A DNA stretch of 64,000 bases. Source: an uncultured Dehalococcoidales bacterium (GTDB lineage: Bacteria > Chloroflexota > Dehalococcoidia > Dehalococcoidales > BS750m-G39). The notes under the pieces were generated by a model that saw nothing but the letters and a program-made list of their open reading frames with translations, was not told the DNA's origin and did not search any database. Below are positions 53,613 to 61,982 of the stretch, in pieces; positions within the stretch are counted from its first letter, which is position 1; each line of letters begins with the position of its first letter. The stretch is taken from assembly GCA_964505425.1 (NCBI GenBank), contig CAZDHX010000005.1:3726-67725 (forward strand), written 5' to 3'. The position numbers and the translations under genes were made by a program.

Positions 53613-56012
53613 TCAGCTGCGTAGAGTCGCCCCAAGCTCTTTAGATAGCTTATCTATAATCTTCTGCTGGACCTTATTGACCTCGTCATCGGTCAGGGTA
53701 TGGGACGGCGACTGGAAGGTAATCCGGTAGGCGAGGGACTTCTTGCCCGACGGCAGCTTTGCCCCGGTATACAGGTCAAACAGGGCAACCTGGCTCACCA
53801 GGGGAAAGCTCTTAACAATATCCTGCACCTGGCGATTGGTTACCCCCCCATCAACCACCAGGGCAATATCCCTGACGATGGCGGGGAAGCGGGGTATGGG
53901 TTGAAATAGTTTATGCCCTAAAGTAAGGGGCAGGAGCGCCTCCATATTTATCTCAAACAGATAGACCGCCCCGGAAAGCTCGAAGGCATCGGCGACCTTA
54001 GGGTGCAGCTCACCGACAACGCCCAGCTTCTTGCCCGCCACAACGATGGCTGCCTGCTTACTGGGGTGCAGGCTCTCATCCCCGTCCGCTTCAAAGCTGG
54101 CTCCCACCCCCAAATTACTTAATAAGCCGTCAACCACCCCCTTGGCATCAAAGAAATCAAGCGCCTCACCCTCGCCGTGCCACGATTCATCAAATCTGGG
54201 ACCGCTCAGCAGTCCGCAGACCACCTCTGGCTCATTGGGCAGGTCTTTCGGGCGCGGCAGATATACCCTGCCCAGCTCAAACAGCCTGATACCGCCGGCT
54301 TCATACCTCCGATTGGCCGCCAGGGCAGCCAGCAGGTTAGCCCGCAAGCTGGGGCGCAGATATTCCTGGTCAGCGGTCATGGGGTTAGCCACCCGCAGCG
54401 GTTCAGGCTTAAGAGGGTGGGGCTTGGGCAACAGCTTATTTATCAGCTCCAGGCTGGTCAATGAATAGGTGACTATCTCCTGGAAGCCATAGCCGGTAAG
54501 GCTGCGCCTCACCCCCCGCTTGAGGTTGATGGCGGGGTCGGGGGTATGGTGGGGCAAAGGCTCACTGAGCATGGTGGTTGGAATCCGGTCATAGCCGATG
54601 ATACGGGCTACTTCCTCAACAAGGTCCTCCGCCAGCGTTATATCGCTCCGCCAGTAAGGAGAAGTGACCAGAAAGCCGGAACCCGTTGGCTTAACCTCGA
54701 AGCCCAAAGAGACTAACGCCTCTTTCATCTGCTCAGGGGTGAAGTCAGCCCCCAGAAAAGCATTTACCCTGTCGGTTGATAGCGCTATCGGCTCAGGCTT
54801 TTTTCTTCCCGGATAGGCGTCAACTATACCCTTAGCCGCCTTGCCGCCAGCTAACTCGCCGATGAGCTGGGTAGCCCGTTCGAGGGCGGGAATAGTCAGC
54901 TCGGGGCTGATGCCCCGCTCAAAACGCATCCTGGCCTCGCTGGGCAGGCCCAGGGTATTGCCGGTGTGATAGATGCTCGCCGGGTTAAAGTTAGCCGCCT
55001 CAAGCAGTATTGCCGTCGTCTCGTCGGTTACCTCGCTGTCGGCGCCGCCCATCACCCCGGCGATAGCCACCGCCCGCTCCTCATCGGCGATAACCAGCGT
55101 CTCCCCGGAAAGGGTCCGTTTCACACCGTCTAAAGTAACCATAATCTCGCCCTCGCCAGCGCGGCGGACGATAATCTTCTTACCTCCGACCTGACTATAG
55201 TCAAAGGCGTGGAGGGGCTCGCCGTACTCCAGCATGACATAGTTGGTAACATCAACGATGTTGTTTATCGGGCGCATGCCGCAAGCCAGAAGGCGCTGCT
55301 GCATCCACGCCGGGGACTCGCCTATCTTTATGCCGGTAATCAGGCTGGCGCTATACCGGGGGCAGAGGTCGGGGGCTTTGATTTCTATTGATATTTGCTC
55401 CTCTATCGGCGGCGATACTTCCGCATAGCTGGCTTCGGGGAGACGTATTTTTTTGCCGGTAAGGGCAGCCGCCTCCCTGGCGACCCCGATTACCGAGAGG
55501 CAGTCGGGGCGGTTGGGGGTGATATCAAGGTCAAATATAACGTCGCCGAGATAATCAGCCAGGGGGGTGCCAAGCGGGGCATCAGCGGGTAAGACCATGA
55601 TTCCCTCGTGGCTATCGGAGATGCCCAGCTCCTTCTCCGAACAGACCATGCCGCTGGAGGCAACACCGCGAATCTTGGCTGCCTTCAGGCGAAACGCCTC
55701 GCCGGTGTGCCCGTCTACAAGCTGAGCGCCAACATGGGCGAAGACGACCTTATCACCAAGTTTTAAATTTGGCGCCCCGCAGACAACGGTCTGCTGCTCG
55801 GTGCCTAAATCCACGGTGGGCAGGGTGAGGCGGTCAGCATTGGGGTGGGGGTCGATGGCTACAATCTGCCCGACAACGACGTTCTCCCAGCTCCCCCCAA
55901 CGACCTGCCACCCCTTGACCTCGCTGCCAGCCATGGTCAATTTCCCGGCTAGCTCAGCCGGAGACAGGCCGACATCCACATACTCCTTAAGCCAATTAAG
56001 CGGGACTTTCAT
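53613..56012 (-). CDS. pheT: Phenylalanyl-tRNA synthetase beta subunit
   Basis: 799 aa with an MKVPLNWLKEYV start and tRNA-binding, B3/4, B5 and FDX-ACB domains, as judged from the sequence pattern. Confidence 0.95.
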   Translation of the reverse strand: MKVPLNWLKEYVDVGLSPAELAGKLTMAGSEVKGWQVVGGSWENVVVGQIVAIDPHPNADRLTLPTVDLGTEQQTVVCGAPNLKLGDKVVFAHVGAQLVDGHTGEAFRLKAAKIRGVASSGMVCSEKELGISDSHEGIMVLPADAPLGTPLADYLGDVIFDLDITPNRPDCLSVIGVAREAAALTGKKIRLPEASYAEVSPPIEEQISIEIKAPDLCPRYSASLITGIKIGESPAWMQQRLLACGMRPINNIVDVTNYVMLEYGEPLHAFDYSQVGGKKIIVRRAGEGEIMVTLDGVKRTLSGETLVIADEERAVAIAGVMGGADSEVTDETTAILLEAANFNPASIYHTGNTLGLPSEARMRFERGISPELTIPALERATQLIGELAGGKAAKGIVDAYPGRKKPEPIALSTDRVNAFLGADFTPEQMKEALVSLGFEVKPTGSGFLVTSPYWRSDITLAEDLVEEVARIIGYDRIPTTMLSEPLPHHTPDPAINLKRGVRRSLTGYGFQEIVTYSLTSLELINKLLPKPHPLKPEPLRVANPMTADQEYLRPSLRANLLAALAANRRYEAGGIRLFELGRVYLPRPKDLPNEPEVVCGLLSGPRFDESWHGEGEALDFFDAKGVVDGLLSNLGVGASFEADGDESLHPSKQAAIVVAGKKLGVVGELHPKVADAFELSGAVYLFEINMEALLPLTLGHKLFQPIPRFPAIVRDIALVVDGGVTNRQVQDIVKSFPLVSQVALFDLYTGAKLPSGKKSLAYRITFQSPSHTLTDDEVNKVQQKIIDKLSKELGATLRS

Positions 56013-56014
56013 CT

Positions 56015-57049
56015 TTAGAACTGCCTCAAAAATCTAAGGTCGCTGCCATAGAACAACCTCATATCATCAATCCCGTAGCGCAACATGGGGAGACGTTCCA
56101 CGCCCATGCCAAAGGCAAAGCTGGGATAGACATCGGGGTCAATCCCTCCTCGCCGCAGCACCTCGGGGTGGGTCATGCCCGCCCCCAGTATCTCAATCCA
56201 GCCGCTACCACCGCAGAGCCGGCAGCCCTTTCCGCCGCAGACGAGGCAATCTATCGCCATCTCCACGCCGGGCTCAACGAAGGGGAAATAGTCGCAGCGG
56301 AAGCGCACCTTCCTGTCTTCGCCGAAGAAACGGCGGGCAAACTCGTAGAGCGTGCCCTTAAGCTCGGCCATGGTGATGCCCTTGTCCACGACAACGCCGT
56401 CAATCATATGGAATACGGAAAGGTGGGTGGCATCAGTGGCTTCATAGCGGTAGACTCGCCCCGGCTCAATGGCTCTAATCGGCGGTTCCATGGTATCAAT
56501 AACGCGGGCACTTATGGCGGTACAGTGGGTACGCAGCAGCTGCGGTCTTTCCCCCTTTGCGGTCTCCACCCAGAAGGTTGACATACTTTCGCGGGCGGGG
56601 TGGTGCTCGGGAACATTCAGCATCTCAAAGTTGTAATAGTCCCACTCCGCCTCCGGCCCCTCCACCACCTGAAAGCCCATGGAGACAAAGATGTCGCAGA
56701 TTTCATCAATGGTCTGGGTTATGGGGTGCAAACGACCTTGAGGGAGAGGACGCCCGGGGAGAGTGATATCAATCTGCTCCTTACCGACGGCGGTTACCAG
56801 CCTCTCCTCTCCCAGAAGTTTTCTTTTTTGCTCAAGGCTGTTCTCTAGCGTGGCTTTAATTTCGTTGGCCAGGGCGCCGACCTGCTTCCTCTCGTCAACG
56901 GGTAATGAAGCTAAACTGCGCAGGGCTTTGGTCAGCTCGCTCTTCTTCCCCAGATAGCGCACCCGCCACCCCTCCAGCTCCTTAACATCAGCGACGGCTT
57001 CTAACTCTTGGGCGGCTTTTTGCTTTAACTCCTCGAGCTGCTTTAACAT
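56015..57049 (-). CDS. pheS: Phenylalanyl-tRNA synthetase alpha subunit
   Basis: 344 aa with [22 protein letters not shown] and GMGVERL class II motifs. Confidence 0.95.
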   Translation of the reverse strand: MLKQLEELKQKAAQELEAVADVKELEGWRVRYLGKKSELTKALRSLASLPVDERKQVGALANEIKATLENSLEQKRKLLGEERLVTAVGKEQIDITLPGRPLPQGRLHPITQTIDEICDIFVSMGFQVVEGPEAEWDYYNFEMLNVPEHHPARESMSTFWVETAKGERPQLLRTHCTAISARVIDTMEPPIRAIEPGRVYRYEATDATHLSVFHMIDGVVVDKGITMAELKGTLYEFARRFFGEDRKVRFRCDYFPFVEPGVEMAIDCLVCGGKGCRLCGGSGWIEILGAGMTHPEVLRRGGIDPDVYPSFAFGMGVERLPMLRYGIDDMRLFYGSDLRFLRQF

Positions 57050-57060
57050 GGTTGTCTTGG

Positions 57061-57089
57061 ATTATAGGTTATCAAAGGAGAAGGGTCAA
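57061..57089 (-). promoter_or_regulatory. Putative pheST promoter giving a near-leaderless mRNA
   Basis: On the minus strand: TTGACC (57089-57084), 17-nt spacer, TATAAT (57066-57061). Only 11 nt lie between the -10 element and the pheS ATG (57049), with no SD. Confidence 0.55.
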
Positions 57090-57090
57090 G

Positions 57091-57119
57091 AAAAAAGAAA
57101 GAGGGGCTGACGCCCCTCT
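57091..57119 (-). terminator. Rho-independent terminator downstream of the R-M methyltransferase (a module-B-type hairpin of the repeat family)
   Basis: On the minus strand: AGAGGGGC-GTCA-GCCCCTCT followed by TTCTTTTTT. Confidence 0.65.
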
Positions 57120-57149
57120 TAGACACCCTTACTGGTTTGATCATTTTCC

Positions 57150-58058
57150 TTAAGGCTCGAACAACTTCGGAGACTTGAATTCCAGCAAAAAGTCTTTGAT
57201 TCGCCTCTCTGCCAGTTTTACATATTCCTGACTTATGTCATACCCAATATAGTGACGATTTGTCTTTATGGCTGCTATTGCCGCTTGCCCACTCCCTATA
57301 AAGGGGTCTAGAATCACTTCCTCAGCAAATGTATAAAGCTGGATTAATCTATAAGGTAGTTCTACGGGGAAAGGCGCCGGGTGACCTACCTTGCGTGCCG
57401 ACTCAGCAGAGAAAGTCCAAACGCTTTTAGTGAACTCCAAAAACTCCTCCTGTGATATGGTGTTCTGCCGTTTATGGACGTTTCTTCTGCTGAACATGCC
57501 CTTGGAAAAAATCAGAATATACTCATGAATATCCCTTAAGGTCGGATTGGCTGCACTCAGCCAGCTTCCCCAAGCCGTAGAAGGACTAGAACTAGAAGCC
57601 TTATTCCAGATAATTTCCCCTCTCATTAGAAAGCCCAACTCTAACATATCCTCCACAATAAAAGCATGGAGGGGAATATAAGGTTTTCTGCCTAAATTGG
57701 CAATATTTACACAAGCTCTCCCCCCAGGGACAAGAACTCTATAAACTTCTTTCCATACTCGCTTCAGAAATTCACGATATTGTTCCAGCGTCAGGTTCTC
57801 GTCATACTCTTTCCCCACATTATAAGGTGGTGAGGTAACCATCAGATGAACGCTATCGTCTGGGAGTTCCAGCATGTTCTCACTGGTTCTACAAAAGATT
57901 CTATCTAAAAATTGAGGTGGGACAGAAGCTTCAACATATTCAGCCCTTTGTTCTGCCGGCAAGCCTTCGTACAACTTGCTGGTATAAAAGGCGGTTGAGT
58001 CATGATTTATCCTCCCCGGGGAGCCAAAGGGACTTGTTTGTGTACCTCTTCTCCTCAT
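57150..58058 (-). CDS. Beta-class N4-cytosine/N6-adenine DNA methyltransferase (SPPY motif IV, so probably N4-C)
   Basis: Motif IV TSPPYNVGKEY precedes motif I DPFIGSGQAAIAA (beta permutation; N6_N4_Mtase type). The start is ATG 58058, in an ATGA overlap with the upstream ORF. Confidence 0.85.
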   Translation of the reverse strand: MRRRGTQTSPFGSPGRINHDSTAFYTSKLYEGLPAEQRAEYVEASVPPQFLDRIFCRTSENMLELPDDSVHLMVTSPPYNVGKEYDENLTLEQYREFLKRVWKEVYRVLVPGGRACVNIANLGRKPYIPLHAFIVEDMLELGFLMRGEIIWNKASSSSPSTAWGSWLSAANPTLRDIHEYILIFSKGMFSRRNVHKRQNTISQEEFLEFTKSVWTFSAESARKVGHPAPFPVELPYRLIQLYTFAEEVILDPFIGSGQAAIAAIKTNRHYIGYDISQEYVKLAERRIKDFLLEFKSPKLFEP

Positions 58059-58687
58059 TCCTCCCTCCAGTAGTCTACCCATCTCTGGTAAGGATGATAG
58101 TCTATCTCTGGCTTTTGCCAGCTTATTTCAATAACTTTAGCTTCCTTGCTTTGTATTAAGGACAACAGAGCTTCTTTTGTAATCTCAGCACCGCGAGGGT
58201 TGGTGCCTGGCTTGGGTAATTTGATATATCTTTCACTACCCATCTTCTCAAGCAAATGACGCTGTGTTTCCACTGGTATGAAATAAAGCCCACCCTTACC
58301 ACCCCAAAAAATCTGTACAAATATAATATCGCTTGAAGGATAATAACTTTCCTGAAATTCTTTTGCGTTTTGGGCATCAACTGTCCATACTAATTTAACC
58401 CCACCGAACCCTTTGCCAGTAATTGTTTTTATAGAAACAGGCTGCCCAAATAACTTAACATCTACCTCAGGCTCGGTGATAGGAATATCTGTCTGCACAT
58501 TGCTCTCGCCAAATTTGTAGATAAGCAAGGAGACTATAATGTTTTCACGAACAGAGCCTACTTGCATACCTATCTTTCCAGCCCTTGAGCACTCTAACTC
58601 GGCAATTCTAAAAAGTTGGGGTAAGCGCTTTTTAATTTTAAGTTTAAGTGCTTCATCCTCAAATAGTTCAACCAAGTGACTGCTCAT
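58055..58687 (-). CDS. Putative type II restriction endonuclease (partner of the adjacent methyltransferase)
   Basis: 210 aa, AT-rich and translationally coupled to the MTase. The TEPEVDVKL segment could be a (D/E)xK motif. The family was not identified by eye. Confidence 0.5.
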   Translation of the reverse strand: MSSHLVELFEDEALKLKIKKRLPQLFRIAELECSRAGKIGMQVGSVRENIIVSLLIYKFGESNVQTDIPITEPEVDVKLFGQPVSIKTITGKGFGGVKLVWTVDAQNAKEFQESYYPSSDIIFVQIFWGGKGGLYFIPVETQRHLLEKMGSERYIKLPKPGTNPRGAEITKEALLSLIQSKEAKVIEISWQKPEIDYHPYQRWVDYWREE

Positions 58688-58807
58688 CTTACCCCCATTC
58701 TACCACCTTATTTGCCAACAATCTAGAGTGGGGAAGAAAGTCTCAAGAGCGCAGCTTATGAGGGCGGGCGGGTGGGAAAAAAGACGCACGGGGAGTGGGG
58801 CGAGGCG

Positions 58808-58838
58808 GGGAAAACAAAAAAGGGGGCGAAGCCCCCTT
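58808..58838 (-). terminator. Rho-independent terminator of the thrS-infC-rpmI-rplT unit
   Basis: On the minus strand: AAGGGGGC-TTC-GCCCCCTT followed by TTTTTGTTTT. Lies 20 nt after the rplT stop. Confidence 0.7.
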
Positions 58839-58858
58839 GAAAATCCCCCTAAACTATC

Positions 58859-59218
58859 TCAGCTCTGAATTTTGCCCTTAGCTATTGTCACCAGATTAGC
58901 AAAAGCCTCCGGCTCTTTAACCGCCATATCAGCCAGCATCTTGCGGTTAATCTCAACCCCCGCCTTCTTCAAGCCGTCCATAAACTGGCCATAGGTAAGA
59001 CCCTGGGAGCGGCTGGCGGCGCTGACCCGCAAAATCCAAAGCCTTCTCATATCACCCTTCCGCTCCCGGCGGTGGAAATAGGCATAGCTCAAGGCATGCA
59101 GCATAGACTCGCGCGCCCGTTTGATAAGAGAATGTCTCGTTGCCCGGTGACCCTTGGTCAGGGCGAGCACCTTTTTATGTCGTCTGTGGGCGGTTATTCC
59201 CCTCTTTACGCGTGGCAA
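58859..59218 (-). CDS. rplT: 50S ribosomal protein L20
   Basis: MPRVKRGITAHRRHKKVL is the canonical start. Confidence 0.95.
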   Translation of the reverse strand: MPRVKRGITAHRRHKKVLALTKGHRATRHSLIKRARESMLHALSYAYFHRRERKGDMRRLWILRVSAASRSQGLTYGQFMDGLKKAGVEINRKMLADMAVKEPEAFANLVTIAKGKIQS

Positions 59219-59227
59219 AATAGCCTC

Positions 59228-59425
59228 CTATCCGTAGGGTACAAGCCTCTTTATCCGAGCCCTATCAGCAGGAGCTGCTGGTATGGTCTCATCAAAAAGC
59301 CGCCTCGTCCGCTTAGCCTTTCGGCGGCGCAGATGGCTCTTACCAATCTTGAGCCGCATAATCTTGCCGCTACCGGTGATATGGAAGCGGCTCTTGGCTC
59401 CCTTATGAGTTTTGATTTTCGGCAT
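59228..59425 (-). CDS. rpmI: 50S ribosomal protein L35
   Basis: MPKIKTHKGAKSRFHITGSGK is the canonical start. Confidence 0.95.
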   Translation of the reverse strand: MPKIKTHKGAKSRFHITGSGKIMRLKIGKSHLRRRKAKRTRRLFDETIPAAPADRARIKRLVPYG

Positions 59426-59426
59426 T

Positions 59427-59981
59427 CTAAGACTCTTTTACCCCCTCCCCGGTCTTAATCTGGGTGCTCTTTTGCCCCATCGGCGCCAGGATTACGGTCA
59501 TGCTCCTCCCCTCCACCACCGGCTGCCGGGCAATAGCCACCGCCCCCTCCAACGCCTCCGACACCCTCTGAAGTAGCCTCCAGCCAAGTTCAGGGTGGGT
59601 GATTTCACGCCCCCTGAACCTTACCGTTACCTTAACCTTGTCCCCCTCATCCAGCAACTTCCTAATTGTTCTAATCTTCGCCTCAAAGTCGTGGTCATCA
59701 ATGTTGGGGCGAAACCTGACCTCCCTCAGCAGCGAGACCCGCTGGCTCTTCTTAAGCTCTCGCTCCTTCTTAGCCTGCTCGTACTTATACTTCCCGTAGT
59801 CAAGAAGCCGGCACACCGGGGGGACGGCGGTGGGAGCTACCTCAACCAGGTCAAAGCCATGCTTCCTCGCCGTTTCCAGGGCTTGCAGTCGGGGCATAAT
59901 CCCCAACTGCTCCCCCTTTTCCCCTACCAGCCGGACTTCTCTGGCGAAAATCCTCTCGTTTATCCGAAGTAGTTTAGCTAT
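59427..59981 (-). CDS. infC: Translation initiation factor IF-3, apparent ATA start codon
   Basis: The conserved N-terminus (I)AKLLRINERIFAREVRLVGEKGEQLGIM lies upstream of the track ATG (59906). The frame opens after TAG, with ATA at 59981 and GGAGG about 10 nt upstream. An unusual infC start codon is a known autoregulatory feature. Confidence 0.9.
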   Translation of the reverse strand: MAKLLRINERIFAREVRLVGEKGEQLGIMPRLQALETARKHGFDLVEVAPTAVPPVCRLLDYGKYKYEQAKKERELKKSQRVSLLREVRFRPNIDDHDFEAKIRTIRKLLDEGDKVKVTVRFRGREITHPELGWRLLQRVSEALEGAVAIARQPVVEGRSMTVILAPMGQKSTQIKTGEGVKES

Positions 59982-60041
59982 TCCCTATTTACCTCCGCTA
60001 CGAGCAAAAAAATATAACATAAGCCATTAGGCGTAGTCAAG

Positions 60042-61763
60042 TTAGAGCTCACTTGTCCGGCTCGCTATCGCCGCCTTGAGGTCTTCTTTAAAGCTAGCAA
60101 AGGGCATCACCTCAAGCTTTTCCTCCCTGCGCCGACGGACGGAGACGGTGGAGGCTTGAACTTCTTTATCCCCGACAACCAGCATATAGGGTATCTTATC
60201 AAGCTGGGCGCGGCGAATCTTGAGGTTTACCGTTTCCGAGCGCTCGTCAACCTCCACCCTCACCCCCTCGTTCTTAAGCTCCGCCTCCAGCTTGCGGGCA
60301 TAGTCCAGGTGGCGGTCGGCAACCGGGATGATAATTGCCTGCACTGGCGCCAGCCAGACGGGGAAGGCGCCCCCGTAGTGCTCAATCAACGAGGCAAGAA
60401 AGCGCTCCATACTGCCCAGCACGGTGCGATGCACCATGGCGACCAGATGCTCCTGCCCGTCCTCGCCGGTATAGGTAACATTGAAGCGGGAGGGGAGGTT
60501 AAAATCAACCTGAATGGTCGGGCCCTGCCACCCCTCAAACTTGATGTCTATCTTGGGTCCGTAAAACACACCCTCCCCCGGGTCTATTTCATAGGCAAGT
60601 CCCTGGCGGGTAAGAGCCCGGCTCAAGGTCTCGGTCGCCTCCTCCCAGACCTTGGCATCGCCGGCATATTTTTCGGGTCGGGTGGAGAGAAATATCTGAT
60701 AGCCGCTAAAGCCAAAGGCATCCATCATAAAGCGGGCTAAATCCAGAACCCCCGCCACCTCGTCCTCCAGCTGGTCAAAGCGGCAGAAGATATGGGCGTC
60801 GTCCTGAGTAAAACCTCTGACACGGGACAGCCCGTGCAGCACCCCGGAGCGCTCATAGCGATATACCGTGCCCAGCTCGGCATAACGCAGCGGTAGCTCA
60901 CGGTAGCTGTGGTGGGAGGTCTTATAAATCAAAATATGCCCCAGGCAGTTCATCGGCTTGATGATATACTCCTGCCCCTCCACCTCCATCGGGCTATAAA
61001 GGTAATCACGGTAAAACTCCCAGTGACCGCTGGTCTTCCACAAGTCCAGCTTGGCGAGGTGGGGGGTATAGACGATGTCATAGCCGCGCTTGATGTGCTC
61101 CTCCTTCCAGAAGTCCTCAATGATGCGCCGTATCACCGCTCCCTTGGGGTGCCAGTGAACCAGCCCCGGACCAGCCTCCTCATGGAGGCTGAAGAGGTCA
61201 AGCTCTTTGCCCAATTTTCTGTGGTCGCGCTTTGCCGCCTCATCAAGCTTTTTCAGGTGCTCAGCCAGAGCCTCCTCGGTGTCAAAGGCAACGCCGTACA
61301 CCCGTTGCAACATGGGACGCCTCTCGTCCCCCCGCCAGTAGGCACCGGCAATGCTGAGGAGCTTAAACGCCCCTATCTCGCCGGTAGAACCGACATGGGG
61401 CCCGCGACATAAATCAAGGAACGCACCCTCCTGATATAAGCTAACCTTCTCATCGGGGATTTCATCAATCAGCTCCAGCTTATAGGGCTGAGGGGCAAAG
61501 AGGGCTTTCGCCTTCTTCTTGGTAACCTCCTGGCGGCTAAAGGGGACATTGGCGGCGATTATCTCCCTCATCTTAGCCTCAATAACCGGCAGGTCCTCGG
61601 GGGTCAGGGGGCGGGGCAAATCAAAGTCATAGTAGAAGCCGTCTTGAATAGCCGGGCCGATGCCGAATTTAGCCTCGGGGAAGATAGATAGCACCGCCTC
61701 CGCCAGAACATGAGCTGCGGAATGGCGCATTATCTCCAATTTTTCACTGTCTTTAGAAGCCAT
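60042..61763 (-). CDS. thrS: Threonyl-tRNA synthetase (573 aa, starts at the editing domain; no N-terminal TGS domain)
   Basis: HSAAHVLAEA editing-domain His motif, class II core FRxE-type motifs (YRYERSG) and a C-terminal anticodon-binding domain. Confidence 0.95.
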   Translation of the reverse strand: MASKDSEKLEIMRHSAAHVLAEAVLSIFPEAKFGIGPAIQDGFYYDFDLPRPLTPEDLPVIEAKMREIIAANVPFSRQEVTKKKAKALFAPQPYKLELIDEIPDEKVSLYQEGAFLDLCRGPHVGSTGEIGAFKLLSIAGAYWRGDERRPMLQRVYGVAFDTEEALAEHLKKLDEAAKRDHRKLGKELDLFSLHEEAGPGLVHWHPKGAVIRRIIEDFWKEEHIKRGYDIVYTPHLAKLDLWKTSGHWEFYRDYLYSPMEVEGQEYIIKPMNCLGHILIYKTSHHSYRELPLRYAELGTVYRYERSGVLHGLSRVRGFTQDDAHIFCRFDQLEDEVAGVLDLARFMMDAFGFSGYQIFLSTRPEKYAGDAKVWEEATETLSRALTRQGLAYEIDPGEGVFYGPKIDIKFEGWQGPTIQVDFNLPSRFNVTYTGEDGQEHLVAMVHRTVLGSMERFLASLIEHYGGAFPVWLAPVQAIIIPVADRHLDYARKLEAELKNEGVRVEVDERSETVNLKIRRAQLDKIPYMLVVGDKEVQASTVSVRRRREEKLEVMPFASFKEDLKAAIASRTSEL

Positions 61764-61791
61764 ACTTAAAATTCTCTCTACTGTGAATTTG

Positions 61792-61820
61792 ATTATATCA
61801 GCTACCAGCTACCTGTGCAA
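61792..61820 (-). promoter_or_regulatory. Putative thrS promoter
   Basis: On the minus strand: TTGCAC (61820-61815), 17-nt spacer, TATAAT (61797-61792). Lies 28 nt upstream of the thrS ATG. Confidence 0.55.
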
Positions 61821-61842
61821 TTTATTCAGATAGAATGCTTAT

Positions 61843-61929
61843 CAACCTCACCCCCTTTATCCCCCTCTCCAATCTTGGAGAGGGGGAAAGATATTAAAAA
61901 GAGGGGCTTGCGCCCCTCTTAAACACCCC
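61843..61929. repeat. Composite GC-rich hairpin repeat, copy G (best-preserved, type copy)
   Basis: CAACCTCACCCCCTTTATCCCCCTCTCCAATCTTGGAGAGGGGGAAAG (module A) followed by AAAAAGAGGGGCTTGCGCCCCTCTTAAACACCCC (module B). Confidence 0.85.
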
Positions 61930-61938
61930 GCTTTCGGG

Positions 61939-61967
61939 TTGCTAGATTTAAGGCGAACCTCTATAAT
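61939..61967 (+). promoter_or_regulatory. Putative promoter of the MFS transporter gene
   Basis: TTGCTA (61939-61944), 17-nt spacer, TATAAT (61962-61967). The ATG follows 15 nt downstream without an SD. Confidence 0.5.
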
Positions 61968-61982
61968 GCTCAAGATACCCAG

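Noticed and set aside
53418-53624. Track ORF 53418..53624 (+)
   Set aside because: It has no SD and an odd composition. The opposite strand encodes a short two-TM ORF with a strong SD, and the pheT 3' end overlaps it.
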